From positions 192,270 to 256,269 of the forward strand of contig CAVZJT010000010.1 of assembly GCA_963775655.1 (NCBI GenBank): a stretch of 64,000 nt of DNA, in the 5' to 3' direction. The notes under the pieces were generated by a model. It worked only from the letters and a program-made list of their open reading frames with translations, ran no database searches and had not been told where the DNA came from. Positions 1-10,159 of the stretch are shown here, piece by piece. The stretch's first letter is position 1. Each line of letters starts with the position of its first letter. The position numbers and the translations under genes are program-made. Source of the stretch: an uncultured Actinomycetota bacterium. Lineage in GTDB: Bacteria > Actinomycetota > Actinomycetes > Mycobacteriales > QHCD01.

Positions 1-59
1 CCCCAGAGCTGCGGGGTGCAATGTCCCCGCCTGTCCAGTTTTCCTGAAAGGACGCCTCC

Positions 60-1145
60 ATGGCAGAGGTCGCCTACGTCAATGCATCCCGGATCTACCC
101 CGGCAACCCCACGCCGGCTGTCAACGAGCTGAGTCTCGACATCTCCGACGGCGAGTTCATGGTGCTGGTCGGTCCTTCTGGTTCCGGTAAGACCACCGCG
201 CTGCGGATGCTCGCCGGCCTGGAAGACATCGACCAGGGCGAAGTACAGATCGCCGGCAAGGATGTTTCGAACAAGCCGCCCAAAGACCGTGATATCGCCA
301 TGGTCTTCCAGAACTACGCGCTCTACCCGCACATGAGCGTGGCCGACAACATGGGCTTCGCGCTCAAGTTGAAGGGTGTGTCCAAGGCCGACCGCGCGCA
401 GCGGGTGCGCGAGGCCGCGAAGCTGCTCGACCTTGAGGGCTACCTCGACCGCAAGCCCAAGGCCCTCTCCGGTGGCCAGCGGCAGCGGGTCGCGATGGGT
501 CGGGCGATCGTCCGCGAGCCGAGCGTCTTCCTGATGGACGAGCCGCTGTCCAACCTCGACGCCAAGCTCCGGGTCGAGACGCGGTCCAACATCGCCGCGC
601 TGCAGGCCCGGCTCGGCACCACCACGGTCTACGTCACCCACGACCAGACCGAGGCCATGACGATGGGGCACCGCGTCGCCGTACTCCGCGACGGTCTGCT
701 GCAGCAGTGCGCCACCCCGCGCGAGCTGTACGACACCCCCAACAACGCCTTCGTGGCCGGCTTCATCGGCTCACCGGCGATGAACCTCAACAAGGTGCCG
801 CTGGCCAACGGTGGCGCGCAGCTGGGGTCGCTCAGTGTGCCGCTGCCGAAGAACATCCTCGACGCCGCCGGCTCGCAGAACCTGCGCGAGGTGCTGCTCG
901 GTGTCCGCCCGGAGGCGTTCACCATCACCTCCGACCCGAGCGGCCTGCCGCTGAAGGTGGACCTCGTCGAGGAGCTCGGAGCCGACGCCTACCTCTACGG
1001 CACCACCGACCTCGGCGACGAGGAGAAGTTCGTGGTGCGGGTCGACGGCCGGGTGCCGCCGCAGATGGGCTCGACGGTGCGGCTTGCCGTCGGCGACGAG
1101 GAACTGCACGTGTTCAACCCCGACTCCGGCGAGCGTCTGAACTAA
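60..1145 (+). CDS. Sugar-type ABC transporter ATP-binding protein (MalK/MsiK/UgpC family)
   Basis: 361-aa ORF. Walker A GPSGSGKTT, ABC signature LSGGQRQRV, Walker B VFLMDEPLS, H-loop VTHDQ, and a MalK-type C-terminal regulatory domain (AFVAGFIGSPAMN). ATG at 60 is preceded by AAAGGA. Confidence 0.9.
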   Translation: MAEVAYVNASRIYPGNPTPAVNELSLDISDGEFMVLVGPSGSGKTTALRMLAGLEDIDQGEVQIAGKDVSNKPPKDRDIAMVFQNYALYPHMSVADNMGFALKLKGVSKADRAQRVREAAKLLDLEGYLDRKPKALSGGQRQRVAMGRAIVREPSVFLMDEPLSNLDAKLRVETRSNIAALQARLGTTTVYVTHDQTEAMTMGHRVAVLRDGLLQQCATPRELYDTPNNAFVAGFIGSPAMNLNKVPLANGGAQLGSLSVPLPKNILDAAGSQNLREVLLGVRPEAFTITSDPSGLPLKVDLVEELGADAYLYGTTDLGDEEKFVVRVDGRVPPQMGSTVRLAVGDEELHVFNPDSGERLN

Positions 1146-1174
1146 CTCCGCCGGAACTTCGGTACATCGCAACC

Positions 1175-1216
1175 GGATCGGGCCCGACCGTCAAGGTCGG
1201 GCCCGATCCATCTTTC
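1175..1216. terminator. GC-rich hairpin between convergent genes, likely a bidirectional terminator
   Basis: GGATCGGGCCCGAC (1175-1188) and GTCGGGCCCGATCC (1196-1209) form a perfect 14-bp inverted repeat with a 7-nt loop, followed by ATCTTTCC. It lies between stop codons at 1145 (+) and 1226 (-). Confidence 0.6.
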
Positions 1217-1225
1217 CGTCCGTTA

Positions 1226-2011
1226 CTACGACTGGCCGTCGGCATCCATCGAGATGATCGCGAACGACGCCCCGAACGGGTCGCTGAGCACGGCCATCCG
1301 CCCGTACGGCGAGTCCTCGGCCGGCCGCTGGACCGAGGCGCCGTGGTCGACGGCCCACGCGAGCGAGGCATCGGTGTCCTCGACACCGAAGTAGGGCAGC
1401 CAGTAGGACGGCACCTCCGCCGGCACCATCTCCGGCATCGGCATCCGGCCCCCGACCATGGAGTCACCGAGCTTGAGCACGGAATAGTCGAAGCCGTCGC
1501 CGTCGCCCATCGGCTCGAACTCGTAGGGGAACAGCGAGCGGTAGAAGGTCTCGGCCGCCGCGGTGTCGCGGGTAAGCAACTCGTTCCAGGACAGCGCACC
1601 CGGCTCGTTGACCCGCTGCGCGCCGGTGTGCTGGCGAGCCTGCCAGAACCCGATGCCAGCTCCGGTCGGATCGACCACGAAGAGCATCCGCCCTTGGTCG
1701 GCCACGTCCATCGGCTCGGCGACGATGGTCGCACCGCCGGCCTTCGCCGTGGCCGCGGTCGCATCCGCATCGTCAGTGGCGAGATAGGTGTTCCACATGG
1801 GAGGCGTGCTGGACTCCGCCATCATCGGCATGAGCCCCGCGACATTGCGCCCCTCCTTGCGGCACATCGTGTAACCGCCGAACTCGGCCGGACCGGTCTC
1901 GCACTCCCAACCGAACAACCCGCTGTAGAAGGCCTTCGCGGCCTCCAGATCCGGGACCGACTCATCCACCCAACTCGGTGTCCCGGCGACATAACTCGAA
2001 CGCTCGGACAT
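1226..2011 (-). CDS. VOC (glyoxalase/bleomycin-resistance/dioxygenase) family protein, two-domain
   Basis: 261-aa ORF with two tandem VOC-fold halves (AKAFYSGLFGW... and AETFYRSLFPYEF...). Strong G/C third-position bias. Confidence 0.75.
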   Translation of the reverse strand: MSERSSYVAGTPSWVDESVPDLEAAKAFYSGLFGWECETGPAEFGGYTMCRKEGRNVAGLMPMMAESSTPPMWNTYLATDDADATAATAKAGGATIVAEPMDVADQGRMLFVVDPTGAGIGFWQARQHTGAQRVNEPGALSWNELLTRDTAAAETFYRSLFPYEFEPMGDGDGFDYSVLKLGDSMVGGRMPMPEMVPAEVPSYWLPYFGVEDTDASLAWAVDHGASVQRPAEDSPYGRMAVLSDPFGASFAIISMDADGQS

Positions 2012-2089
2012 TTGCCCTACCCCCTCGACGTCTGGTCAACGAAGAGAGTGTGGCGCAGGCCACCGACAATCGGCAGGGCTATCCGGCGG

Positions 2090-3031
2090 CTATCCGGCCC
2101 TACGGCGGCGGGCGACCTCGGCCAGCCCGACCGACGCCGCGACGCCGGCGTTGAGCGACTCCGTGCCCGACGCGATCGGGATCGACACCCGCAGGTCACA
2201 CGTCTCGCCGACGAGCCGCGACAGTCCCCGGCCCTCGGAGCCCACGACGAGGCAGATCGGGTCGACCGCGGCGTCGAGGACGTCGAGGCTGGTGTCCCCA
2301 TCGGCGGCCAACCCGACCAGGAGCACCCCCGACTTGGCGAAACCCGACAGGGCACGGGCCAGATTGGTGGCCCGAGCCACCGGCAGCCGCGCGGCCGCAC
2401 CGGCGCTGGTCCGCCACGCGGTCGCGGTCATCCCGGCCGCCCGGCGCTCCGGGATGACGACGCCGTGGGCACCGAACGCGGCCGCGGAGCGCACCACCGC
2501 ACCCAGGTTGCGGGGATCGGTGACCCCGTCGAGTGCCACCAGCAGCGCCGGCTCGACGGCCTGCTGCGCCCGGGCGAGGACGTCGTCGGGGTGCGCGTAG
2601 TCGAACGGGGGGACCTGCAGCCCCACACCCTGGTGCAGGACGCCACCGGTCAGCCGGTCCAGCTCCGGCCGGCTCACCTCGAGGATCGGCACCCCGCGGT
2701 CGCCGGCCCGTCGTACCGCCTCCGCGACCCGCTCGTCGACCTCGACGCCGAGGGCGACGTAGAGCGCGGTCGCCGGCACCCGTGCCCGCAGCGCCTCGAC
2801 CACCGGGTTGCGCCCGACCAGGAGCTCCGGACCGTCCTTGACGCGCTGCCCACCCCCGGGGCCGGCGGCCTTGGCGCGGCGCTGTGCCGGGTGGCCCGGC
2901 CGCTGCTCTGCGGGAGGAGTCGGCCCCTTGCCGTGCAGCCGCTTGCGGCCCTGCCCACCGGAACCGGCGACGGCGCCCTTCTTGCTGCCCGGAACCCGGC
3001 GCGCGCCGCGCCGCCGCGAGTTACCTGCCAT
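2090..3031 (-). CDS. rlmB: 23S rRNA (guanosine-2'-O)-methyltransferase RlmB (SpoU/TrmH family)
   Basis: 313-aa ORF. Basic G/R-rich N-tail, then the SpoU methylase core ([58 protein letters not shown]). Lies directly downstream of cysS, as is usual in actinobacteria. Confidence 0.85.
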   Translation of the reverse strand: MAGNSRRRGARRVPGSKKGAVAGSGGQGRKRLHGKGPTPPAEQRPGHPAQRRAKAAGPGGGQRVKDGPELLVGRNPVVEALRARVPATALYVALGVEVDERVAEAVRRAGDRGVPILEVSRPELDRLTGGVLHQGVGLQVPPFDYAHPDDVLARAQQAVEPALLVALDGVTDPRNLGAVVRSAAAFGAHGVVIPERRAAGMTATAWRTSAGAAARLPVARATNLARALSGFAKSGVLLVGLAADGDTSLDVLDAAVDPICLVVGSEGRGLSRLVGETCDLRVSIPIASGTESLNAGVAASVGLAEVARRRRAG

Positions 3032-3058
3032 GTCGAGCCAATCCGTCCGCGTCGAGCG

Positions 3059-4453
3059 TCACTGACGCAGACTCCACCGGGGGCCGTGCGGGGTGTCCTC
3101 GACCACGACGCCGGCGGCGGTCAACTGGTCGCGGATCGCATCGGCCGCGGCGTAGTCCTTGCGGGCCCGAGCGGCCTGCCGCGCCTCGAGCGCCAGCCGG
3201 ACCAGCCCGTCGATGACGCCGGTCAGGTCGGCGTCGGCCCCGCCACCCCATCGCGGGTCGCGCGGGTCGAGGCCGAGCACGTCGAGCATCGCCCGGACCG
3301 ACGTCACCGCGCCCCGCACCGCATCCTTCTCGCCGGCCGCCAGCGCGCGGTTGCCGTCGCGCACGACCTCGTGGATCGCCGCGAGCGCACGGGGTACGGA
3401 GAGGTCGTCGTCCATCGCCGCCGCGAACTCGGCGCACAGCACACCGTCGGCCGGATCGACGTCACCGACCAGCTCGGTGGCGCGGTCGACGAAGCCTTCC
3501 AGCCTCCGGTACGCCGCAGTCGCCTCCAGCATCGCTTCGTCGGAGGCCTCGATCATCGACCGGTAGTGCGGCGCGGCGAGGTAGTAGCGCAGCTCGACCG
3601 GCCGCATGCTGGCCAGCACCTCGGTGACCAGCAGCGAGTTGCCGAGCGACTTCGACATCTTCTCCCCGGCCGTGGTCACCAGGCCGTTGTGCATCCAGTA
3701 GGCCGCGAAGTCGTTCCCGGCCGCGTTGGACTGGGCGATCTCGTTCTCGTGGTGCGGGAACATCAGATCCATCCCGCCACCGTGAATGTCGAACGCCGGA
3801 CCCAGGTAACGCTCGGCCATCGCCGAGCACTCGATGTGCCAGCCCGGTCGGCCGGTGCCCCATTCCGTCCGCCACGAAGGCTCCCCCGGCTTGGCGGCCT
3901 TCCACAGCGTGAAGTCGCGCGGGTCACGCTTGCGCTCGTCGGTTTCGGTGTCGTCGGCGGGTTGCACGTTGTCCGGCCGTTGCCCGGACAGCCGGCCGTA
4001 GGGCGGCCATGACGCCACGTCGAAATAGACGTCACCGCCGGAGGCGTAGGCGTGGCCCGACGCGATCAGCCGCTCGATCAGCGCGACCATCTCCGGGATG
4101 TGACCGGTGGCCCGCGGCTCGACCGTCGGCGGCAGGCAGCCGAGCGTCTCGTAGGCCTGGGAGAAGGCGCGCTCGTTACGCGCCGCGACCAGCCACGCCG
4201 GCACGCCCTCCTGGGCGGCCCGGGCGATGACCTTGTCCTCGATGTCGGTGACGTTGCGGCAGAAGATGACGGTGTGGCCGGTGCGCAGCAGCCACCGGTG
4301 CAGGATGTCGAAGTCGACCGAACCGCGGACGTGACCGATGTGCGGCGGCGCCTGCACGGTCGCGCCGCACAGATACATCGACACCACGCCCTCGACCCGC
4401 GGCCGCAGTTCGCGGACCGCGCGCGTGGCGGTGTCGTAGAGGTGCAGGGTCAC
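3059..4453 (-). CDS. cysS: Cysteine--tRNA ligase
   Basis: 464-aa ORF with the class I HIGH motif (PHIGH) and KMSKS motif. Length and architecture match CysRS. Confidence 0.95.
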   Translation of the reverse strand: MTLHLYDTATRAVRELRPRVEGVVSMYLCGATVQAPPHIGHVRGSVDFDILHRWLLRTGHTVIFCRNVTDIEDKVIARAAQEGVPAWLVAARNERAFSQAYETLGCLPPTVEPRATGHIPEMVALIERLIASGHAYASGGDVYFDVASWPPYGRLSGQRPDNVQPADDTETDERKRDPRDFTLWKAAKPGEPSWRTEWGTGRPGWHIECSAMAERYLGPAFDIHGGGMDLMFPHHENEIAQSNAAGNDFAAYWMHNGLVTTAGEKMSKSLGNSLLVTEVLASMRPVELRYYLAAPHYRSMIEASDEAMLEATAAYRRLEGFVDRATELVGDVDPADGVLCAEFAAAMDDDLSVPRALAAIHEVVRDGNRALAAGEKDAVRGAVTSVRAMLDVLGLDPRDPRWGGGADADLTGVIDGLVRLALEARQAARARKDYAAADAIRDQLTAAGVVVEDTPHGPRWSLRQ

Positions 4454-4495
4454 GCGAGCGAGTCTACGCAGGACGACAGCGGGACGCGGCTGTGC

Positions 4496-4771
4496 TCAGC
4501 CGGCCTCGATGTATGCGTGCTGCAGGTAATCGTGGACCGCCTGCTCAGGTACTCGGAACGAGCGTCCGACGCGTACCGCCGGCAGCTCGCCGGAGTGCAC
4601 CAGCCGGTAGACCGTCATCTTGGAAACCCGCATCATCGCGGCGACCTCGGCGACCGTCAGGAACGAGACCTGCGCGGGAAGGGAGTCGGGGCTCGGTTGG
4701 GACACGTCAGGCTTCGGCGCGTCGGGCCGCGGTTCTTGGCCCCCCGACGACTTGGAGGAAGACGCCATCAC
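4496..4771 (-). CDS. Excisionase-family helix-turn-helix DNA-binding protein (Rv0500A-like)
   Basis: 91-aa ORF. C-terminal HTH LTVAEVAAMMRVSKMTVYRLVHSGELPAVRVGRSFRV. Lies immediately downstream of proC, like Rv0500A. The exact start is uncertain. Confidence 0.7.
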   Translation of the reverse strand: MMASSSKSSGGQEPRPDAPKPDVSQPSPDSLPAQVSFLTVAEVAAMMRVSKMTVYRLVHSGELPAVRVGRSFRVPEQAVHDYLQHAYIEAG

Positions 4772-4895
4772 GTCACCGGACCTTCCGCACGTGATGAGCA
4801 GTCACCCTTCCCCAGCGGTGGGCGAGAGACACGCACGTGCTTCACTCAGAGTAGCGGTACGGGTGTGACACGTGCGTTGGAACGCACAAGATCGG

Positions 4896-5702
4896 CTATT
4901 CGTGCGCCCGGCCGAGCTCCCGGCTGCGGTCCCGGGCGGCCTCGATCGCGGCGAGCAGGGCGGCCCGGACGCCGTGGTTCTCCAGCTCCCGGATCGCGTT
5001 GATGGTGGTTCCGGCCGGCGAGGTGACCGCCTCCCGCAGCCGGACCGGGTGCTCGCCGGTATCCCGCAGCATCACCGCCGCCCCGAGGGCCGTCTGGACA
5101 AGGAGATCCGCCGCGACCGTGCGGGGCAGGCCGAGCAGGATTCCGGCGTCGGTCATCGCCTCGACGAGGTAGAAGAAGTACGCCGGGCCGCTGCCGGAGA
5201 GGGCGGTTACCGCGTCCTGCTGCGATTCGGGCACTCGCAACACCCGTCCCACCGGCCTCAGCAGTTCCTCCGCGAGGGCCAGGTGATGCTCCTCGGCGTG
5301 TGACCCGGGACTAAGTGCGCTCATCGCCTCGTCGACGAGAACCGGGGTGTTGGTCATCACCCGCGCCACCGGGGTGCCCGGTGCCAGCCGCCGCTCGTAG
5401 AACGCGGTCGGGATGCCGGCGGCGAAGGACACGATGAGCGTGCCGGAGTCGACGACATCGACGAGTTCATCCACCAGCGCATCGACGTCCTGCGGCTTGA
5501 CGGTCACCAACAGCACCTCGGCCTCGGCTGCGGCCTCGGCATTTCCGACCGCTCGTACGCCGTAACGGTCAATGAGTTCCTTGGCCCGCTCCGGGCGGCG
5601 GGTGGTGACCAGCACGTCCTCGGCCCGCCGGCCGGCGCGCAGCATTCCCGACAGCAGCGCCTCGCCGAGCTTGCCGGCGCCGAGCACGGCGAGTCGCGTC
5701 AT
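4896..5702 (-). CDS. proC: Pyrroline-5-carboxylate reductase
   Basis: 268-aa ORF. Rossmann motif LGAGKLGEAL and ProC C-terminal motif VTSPAGTTINAIRELE. Confidence 0.9.
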   Translation of the reverse strand: MTRLAVLGAGKLGEALLSGMLRAGRRAEDVLVTTRRPERAKELIDRYGVRAVGNAEAAAEAEVLLVTVKPQDVDALVDELVDVVDSGTLIVSFAAGIPTAFYERRLAPGTPVARVMTNTPVLVDEAMSALSPGSHAEEHHLALAEELLRPVGRVLRVPESQQDAVTALSGSGPAYFFYLVEAMTDAGILLGLPRTVAADLLVQTALGAAVMLRDTGEHPVRLREAVTSPAGTTINAIRELENHGVRAALLAAIEAARDRSRELGRAHE

Positions 5703-5711
5703 CGAAACTCC

Positions 5712-6638
5712 TCAGGATCGGGTCGTGAGCGAGCGGAGGAAGAAGCCGACGTTGGCGGGCCGCTCGGCCAGTCGACGCATCAGGTAGCCGTACCACTCGT
5801 CGCCGTACGGGATGTAGACGCGCATCGTCTCGCCGGCGTCGACGAGCCGGCGCTGTTCTTCCGGCCGGATGCCGTAGAGCATCTGGTATTCGTAGCTCCC
5901 CCGCTCGCGGCCGTACCATCGCGCCCGCTCACCGGCGATGGCGACGAGGCGCGGGTCGTGGGTGGCGACCATCGGGTGTCCGGCACCGGCCATCAACACG
6001 TTGAGGCAGCGCACGTAGGACTTGTCGACGTCTTCCTTGTCCTGATAGGCAACGGATTCCGGCTCGCTGTAAGCCCCTTTGCACAGGCGGACCCGCGAAC
6101 CCTCGTGAGCGAGCTCCCGGCAGTCGCCCTCGGTACGCCGCAGGTAGGACTGCACGACCGCACCCGTCGCCGGGAACTCCTTGCGCACCTCGGCGAGGAT
6201 GCTCAGGGTCGACTCGGTCGTGGTGTGGTCTTCCATGTCGAGGGTGACGGTGGTTCCCGCGGCGTCAGCAGCGGCGCAGATCTCGGCCGCGCAGTCGCGG
6301 GCCAGCGACTCGTCGAGCAGTTGGCCGACCGCGGAGAGCTTCAGGCTGACCTCGCTGACGCCGGCCAGGCCCTCCTCGTGCAGTCGGCGGAGCACCTCGA
6401 CGTAGGCCGCCGCGGTCGTGGCGGCCTGCGCCGGCTCGACGCAGTACTCCCCGAGCCGGTCCAGCGAGCTGCGCAGACCGTCCGCGGCCAGGGACCGCAC
6501 GACGGCCACCGCGTCGTCGACGGACTCACCCGCGACGAACCGGCCGACGACGTTCCGGCTGACCGGCAGCGTCGACACCCAGCGCTTGACCCGGTCGTTG
6601 GCCGCAGCGGCGAGGATCACGGAGCGGAGCATGGGCAA
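5712..6638 (-). CDS. Proline dehydrogenase family protein
   Basis: 308-aa ORF with PRODH barrel motifs (LDMEDH, VRLCKGAY, EYQMLYGI). Lies 9 nt upstream of proC on the same strand. Confidence 0.8.
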   Translation of the reverse strand: MPMLRSVILAAAANDRVKRWVSTLPVSRNVVGRFVAGESVDDAVAVVRSLAADGLRSSLDRLGEYCVEPAQAATTAAAYVEVLRRLHEEGLAGVSEVSLKLSAVGQLLDESLARDCAAEICAAADAAGTTVTLDMEDHTTTESTLSILAEVRKEFPATGAVVQSYLRRTEGDCRELAHEGSRVRLCKGAYSEPESVAYQDKEDVDKSYVRCLNVLMAGAGHPMVATHDPRLVAIAGERARWYGRERGSYEYQMLYGIRPEEQRRLVDAGETMRVYIPYGDEWYGYLMRRLAERPANVGFFLRSLTTRS

Positions 6639-6672
6639 CAGGTTACGGCCCGGTTCGGACGCCGGTGCAGGC

Positions 6673-7596
6673 TCAGGCGTCGGCGAGTTCGGTGGGCACG
6701 GTCACGACATCGACCAGCGCGCCGTTGCGCCACACGGTGATCTCCAGCCGCCGGCCGATCACGTCTTCGACCATCAGCTGCTGCACCTGCGTGCTAGTCG
6801 TCAGGGGGACGCTGCGGGCGGCGACCAGGATGTCGCCGATCTGCAGCCCCGCCGTGGCCGCGGGGCTCCCAGGGATGATTTCGGCGACCCGCAGCCCGCC
6901 CGGCCGGCCGAGCTTGCGGACCAGAGCGGGCGGCAGCGGCGCCTGGGCCGCGACCAGCCCGAGCCAGGCCCGACGTACCCGGCCCTGGGTCATCAGGGCG
7001 GTGATGATCTGCCGGGTGGTGTCGTTGATCGGGACGGCCAGCCCCAGTCCCACACCGGCGACCGCGGTGTTCACGCCCACCATCCGCCCGGCGGAGTCGG
7101 AGAGGACGCCTCCGCTGTTCCCCGGGTTGAGCGCCGCGTCGGTCTGGATCACCTCGTCGACGACCCGCCCCGCCCGGGTGGGCAGCGACCGGCCGAGTGC
7201 CGAGACGATTCCTGCGGTCACGCTGCCGGCGAAGCCGAGCGGATTGCCCAGCGCGACAACCAGTTGGCCGACCCGCAGCACCGCGGCGTCTCCGAGCTCG
7301 ACCGGGGGCGGTACGTCGCCGCGGGCCCGCAGCACGGCAAGGTCCGACAGCGGGTCGCGACCGATCACGTCGGCCCCGACCTCGACGCCGTCGGCGAATG
7401 CGGCCTCGACGGAGTCCGCGCCTTCGATGACGTGGGCGCTGGTCAACAGGAATCCGTCGGAGGTCAGCACGCTCGCGCTCCCGGCGCCCTGCGCCCGCCG
7501 GGTCCGCACCCGGACGCTGGCCACGCTCGGCAGCACCCGGTCGGCGACCGCGACGATCGTCGCCGAGTAGGCATCCAACGCGTCATCCTCCGCCAT
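6673..7596 (-). CDS. S1C (HtrA/DegP-like) serine protease with PDZ domain
   Basis: 307-aa ORF. Catalytic His (TSAHV), Asp (DLAVL) and Ser (GNSGG), then a PDZ domain (GLRVAEIIPGSPAATAGLQIGDIL). No N-terminal signal or TM segment is visible. Confidence 0.8.
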   Translation of the reverse strand: MAEDDALDAYSATIVAVADRVLPSVASVRVRTRRAQGAGSASVLTSDGFLLTSAHVIEGADSVEAAFADGVEVGADVIGRDPLSDLAVLRARGDVPPPVELGDAAVLRVGQLVVALGNPLGFAGSVTAGIVSALGRSLPTRAGRVVDEVIQTDAALNPGNSGGVLSDSAGRMVGVNTAVAGVGLGLAVPINDTTRQIITALMTQGRVRRAWLGLVAAQAPLPPALVRKLGRPGGLRVAEIIPGSPAATAGLQIGDILVAARSVPLTTSTQVQQLMVEDVIGRRLEITVWRNGALVDVVTVPTELADA

Positions 7597-7698
7597 GACC
7601 GGTCAACCCCTGTCGCGCTCCGGCTGTGCCTCCGTTCGCCCAGAGCGCAGCCGGCACATTAAGATTCTTCGCACGAGTAAAGAAAATGGGAGGTCCAC

Positions 7699-8430
7699 AT
7701 GGCGGCCTCGGCCCAAGTCCCGGGCTTCACGCCCAGTGCGAACGCGCTGCGGTTCACAAATTCTTTCCCGCACGAGCCCGACGTTCAGATCAACCTCGGC
7801 AGGGCGGGGACGGTCGGGATCGGGGACGCGAGCCGGGGGTTGTGCGGCGGGATGGTGTTCGCCGTCCGGGACCTCTTCGAGGCCCACGCCCTACCCCCGC
7901 ACGAGACGGATCCGCCGCACCGGGACAACCCGCTCTTCGGTTTTCTGGTCCGGCGGCTGATCGACAGCTTCAACCTGCCGCTCGGGGTGGTGCAGTACTA
8001 CCGCTGGATGGCCACGCCCGGCCACGACATGGGGATCGGCTCACTCACCCGGCATGGCGTGTCCCGGATGACCATCATCGACAACTGGCCGCAGGTGCGG
8101 GCCGACATCGACGCCGGCCACCCCAGCCCGCTCGGCCTGGTCACCGTCTCCTCGCTCAACCCCGGCGACCTCGGCAAGAACCATCAGGTGCTCGCTTATG
8201 CCTACCAGGTCAGTGATTCCGCCGAACTGACGTTGTCTGTGTACGACCCCAACACCGGGGCCGACGACAACGTCCGGATGTCGCTGCAGCTCTCCAACCC
8301 CGCCCGCGAGACGCCGATCACCCACAACATCAACATCGCCGAACCGGTCCGCGGTTTCTTCCGGGTGCGCTACCGGCCGGCCGACGTGGCGGCCTTCGCC
8401 TCCGCCGGCGACGACGAGCCGGTGGCTTAG
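7699..8430 (+). CDS. Hypothetical protein with a papain-like Cys/His/Asp arrangement
   Basis: 243-aa ORF with coding-type G/C3 bias. I recognise no family. Cys in GLCGGM, His in NHQVLAYAY and Asp/Asn in YDPN are spaced like C39/papain-fold peptidases. Confidence 0.6.
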   Translation: MAASAQVPGFTPSANALRFTNSFPHEPDVQINLGRAGTVGIGDASRGLCGGMVFAVRDLFEAHALPPHETDPPHRDNPLFGFLVRRLIDSFNLPLGVVQYYRWMATPGHDMGIGSLTRHGVSRMTIIDNWPQVRADIDAGHPSPLGLVTVSSLNPGDLGKNHQVLAYAYQVSDSAELTLSVYDPNTGADDNVRMSLQLSNPARETPITHNINIAEPVRGFFRVRYRPADVAAFASAGDDEPVA

Positions 8431-9239
8431 GGCCGCATCGACGGGGCGGCGAAGTGCAGCCGGGTGTAAGCGAGCGCCTCGGCGAGATCTTCCTCGCGGC
8501 GTTCGCGGTTGGGGACCCGCCGGGTGTTGACCTCGACCACAATCGCGCCGGTGAAGTCGCGTTGAGCCAGCCGCCCGAGCACCTCGCCGCACGGCTGGTT
8601 GCCGCGACCGGGCACCAGGTGCTCGTCCCGGCCGGTGCCGAGCCCGTCCCCGACGTGCAGGTGGGTGAGCCGATCGCCCATGGCGTCGAACATCTCCAGC
8701 GCGTCGCTGCGGGAGACCGCCGTATGCGACAGGTCGAGGGTGAGGTGTGAGTAGTCGCCGTTGACCGGTGCCCAGTCCGGCGCATAGGCCGACACCTCAC
8801 GACCGCGCATCCGCAACGGATACATGTTCTCCACGGCGAAGCGAACCGCCGTCTGCTCCGACATCCGGTCCAGGCCGGCGCGGAATCCGCTCACGTAGCT
8901 GCCCTGCCAGCGGAACGGCGGATGGACGACGACCGTGCCGGCACCCAACGCCTCGGCGGCCGCCCGGCTGCGCTCGAGCTTCCCCCAGGGGTCGGTGCCC
9001 CACACACGCTGGGTGATGACCAGGCAGGGGGCATGCAGGGCCAGCACCGGAAGGCCGTAGTGGTCGGACAACCGGCGGAGGGCGGCGACGTCCTGGCTCA
9101 GCGGGTCGGTCCACACCATGACCTCGACTCCGTCGTACCCGAGCCGGCTGGCGATCTCGAACGCCGCCGCGGTGGACTCCGGATAGACCGAGGCGGTCGA
9201 CAGGCCGATCGGCGCCGGCGGCACCGAGACGGTGCTCAT
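8427..9239 (-). CDS. Sugar phosphate isomerase/epimerase (xylose isomerase-like TIM barrel)
   Basis: The 391-aa track ORF has an R/G/P-rich junk N-terminus that overlaps the NUDIX gene. ATG at 9239 (MSTVSVPP...) overlaps the NUDIX stop (TGATG). Motifs: [30 protein letters not shown]. Confidence 0.8.
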   Translation of the reverse strand: MSTVSVPPAPIGLSTASVYPESTAAAFEIASRLGYDGVEVMVWTDPLSQDVAALRRLSDHYGLPVLALHAPCLVITQRVWGTDPWGKLERSRAAAEALGAGTVVVHPPFRWQGSYVSGFRAGLDRMSEQTAVRFAVENMYPLRMRGREVSAYAPDWAPVNGDYSHLTLDLSHTAVSRSDALEMFDAMGDRLTHLHVGDGLGTGRDEHLVPGRGNQPCGEVLGRLAQRDFTGAIVVEVNTRRVPNRERREEDLAEALAYTRLHFAAPSMRP

Positions 9240-9913
9240 CAGTCCGCCTCCGCGGGCAGTGCCGGATCGCGGTGCAGCGCGGCGAGCCGGGCCAGCTGCG
9301 CCTCGGTGACCCGGCGGGTGGACAGCGCCGGCAGCTCGCCGAGCGCGAAGAAGCCGACGTCGGTGGTCTCGCCGTCGAGGCCCGCTTCCGGCGCGGTGTC
9401 GTCCCGTCGCTCGCACAGGAAGAACACCTTCCACACGTGGAACGGCGGCCCGGCGCCGAGATGGCCGTTGCTGACGTTGCCGTCGTAGACGGCTGCGACG
9501 CGCGTGGCCCGGACCGCGAGCCCCGCCTCCTCGGCGAACTCCCGCTCCACGGCCGACGTCGGGGTGTCGAGTACGTCGGCCCATCCCCCGGGCAGCGTCC
9601 ACAGCCCGTCCGAGGCCTCGCGGACCAGGAGCACCCGGTCTCCGTCGAAGAGCGCCCCACGCACATCGACGTGCGGAGTCGCATACCCGCCGTCGACGTC
9701 GAGGACGCTCGAGATCTCACTCACCGGTACGTCGGTGAGCAGGCCCAGCAACGAGGCCGACAGCTCGGCGAGCCGCGCGTAGCGCTCGGTGTCGTAGTGG
9801 TTCTGCGCGAAGGCGGTCCCGGTCTGCGCCATGGCGGCGAGCTCGACCGCGATCCGACGCAATTGCTCAGCGGTTGCGGCCCCGTCAGGTGCGGCCCCGT
9901 CAGCAGTCACCAC
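9239..9913 (-). CDS. NUDIX hydrolase with a Nudix_N_2-type N-terminal domain
   Basis: 224-aa ORF. Helical N-domain ([28 protein letters not shown]) plus Nudix box ([24 protein letters not shown]). Confidence 0.8.
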   Translation of the reverse strand: MVTADGAAPDGAATAEQLRRIAVELAAMAQTGTAFAQNHYDTERYARLAELSASLLGLLTDVPVSEISSVLDVDGGYATPHVDVRGALFDGDRVLLVREASDGLWTLPGGWADVLDTPTSAVEREFAEEAGLAVRATRVAAVYDGNVSNGHLGAGPPFHVWKVFFLCERRDDTAPEAGLDGETTDVGFFALGELPALSTRRVTEAQLARLAALHRDPALPAEAD

Positions 9914-10159
9914 CCCACCTTATGGGCGTGACCTGAGACCGGCGACGAACACCTGCAGGCCGAACTCGAACTCGCTCTCGAAGTCGCGATCCCGGACCCG
10001 CTCCACGGCCACCTGGGCCAGCCGCGGGAAGCGGCGCGGATCGATCCGCACCCCTCGCCCGGCACGGTGTCGAAGCGGCCGGCCTCCTGCTCGGCGATTG
10101 CCCGCCGACGGCGCCACGGAGGTCGCCGACGGTGTCCGCGACGCGCTCGGCATCTGCGC

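Noticed and set aside
707-4012. 1101-aa ORF on the plus strand
   Set aside because: It is antisense to the unambiguous VOC, rlmB and cysS genes. Its composition is Arg/Gly/Pro/Ala low-complexity with no motifs. This is the typical open antisense frame of very GC-rich DNA.
4454-4895. Search for the small ribosomal protein bS22 gene expected next to the Rv0500A-like HTH gene by mycobacterial synteny
   Set aside because: Neither flanking spacer (42 nt and 124 nt) encodes a Lys/Arg-rich mini-ORF. The gene is not at this locus.
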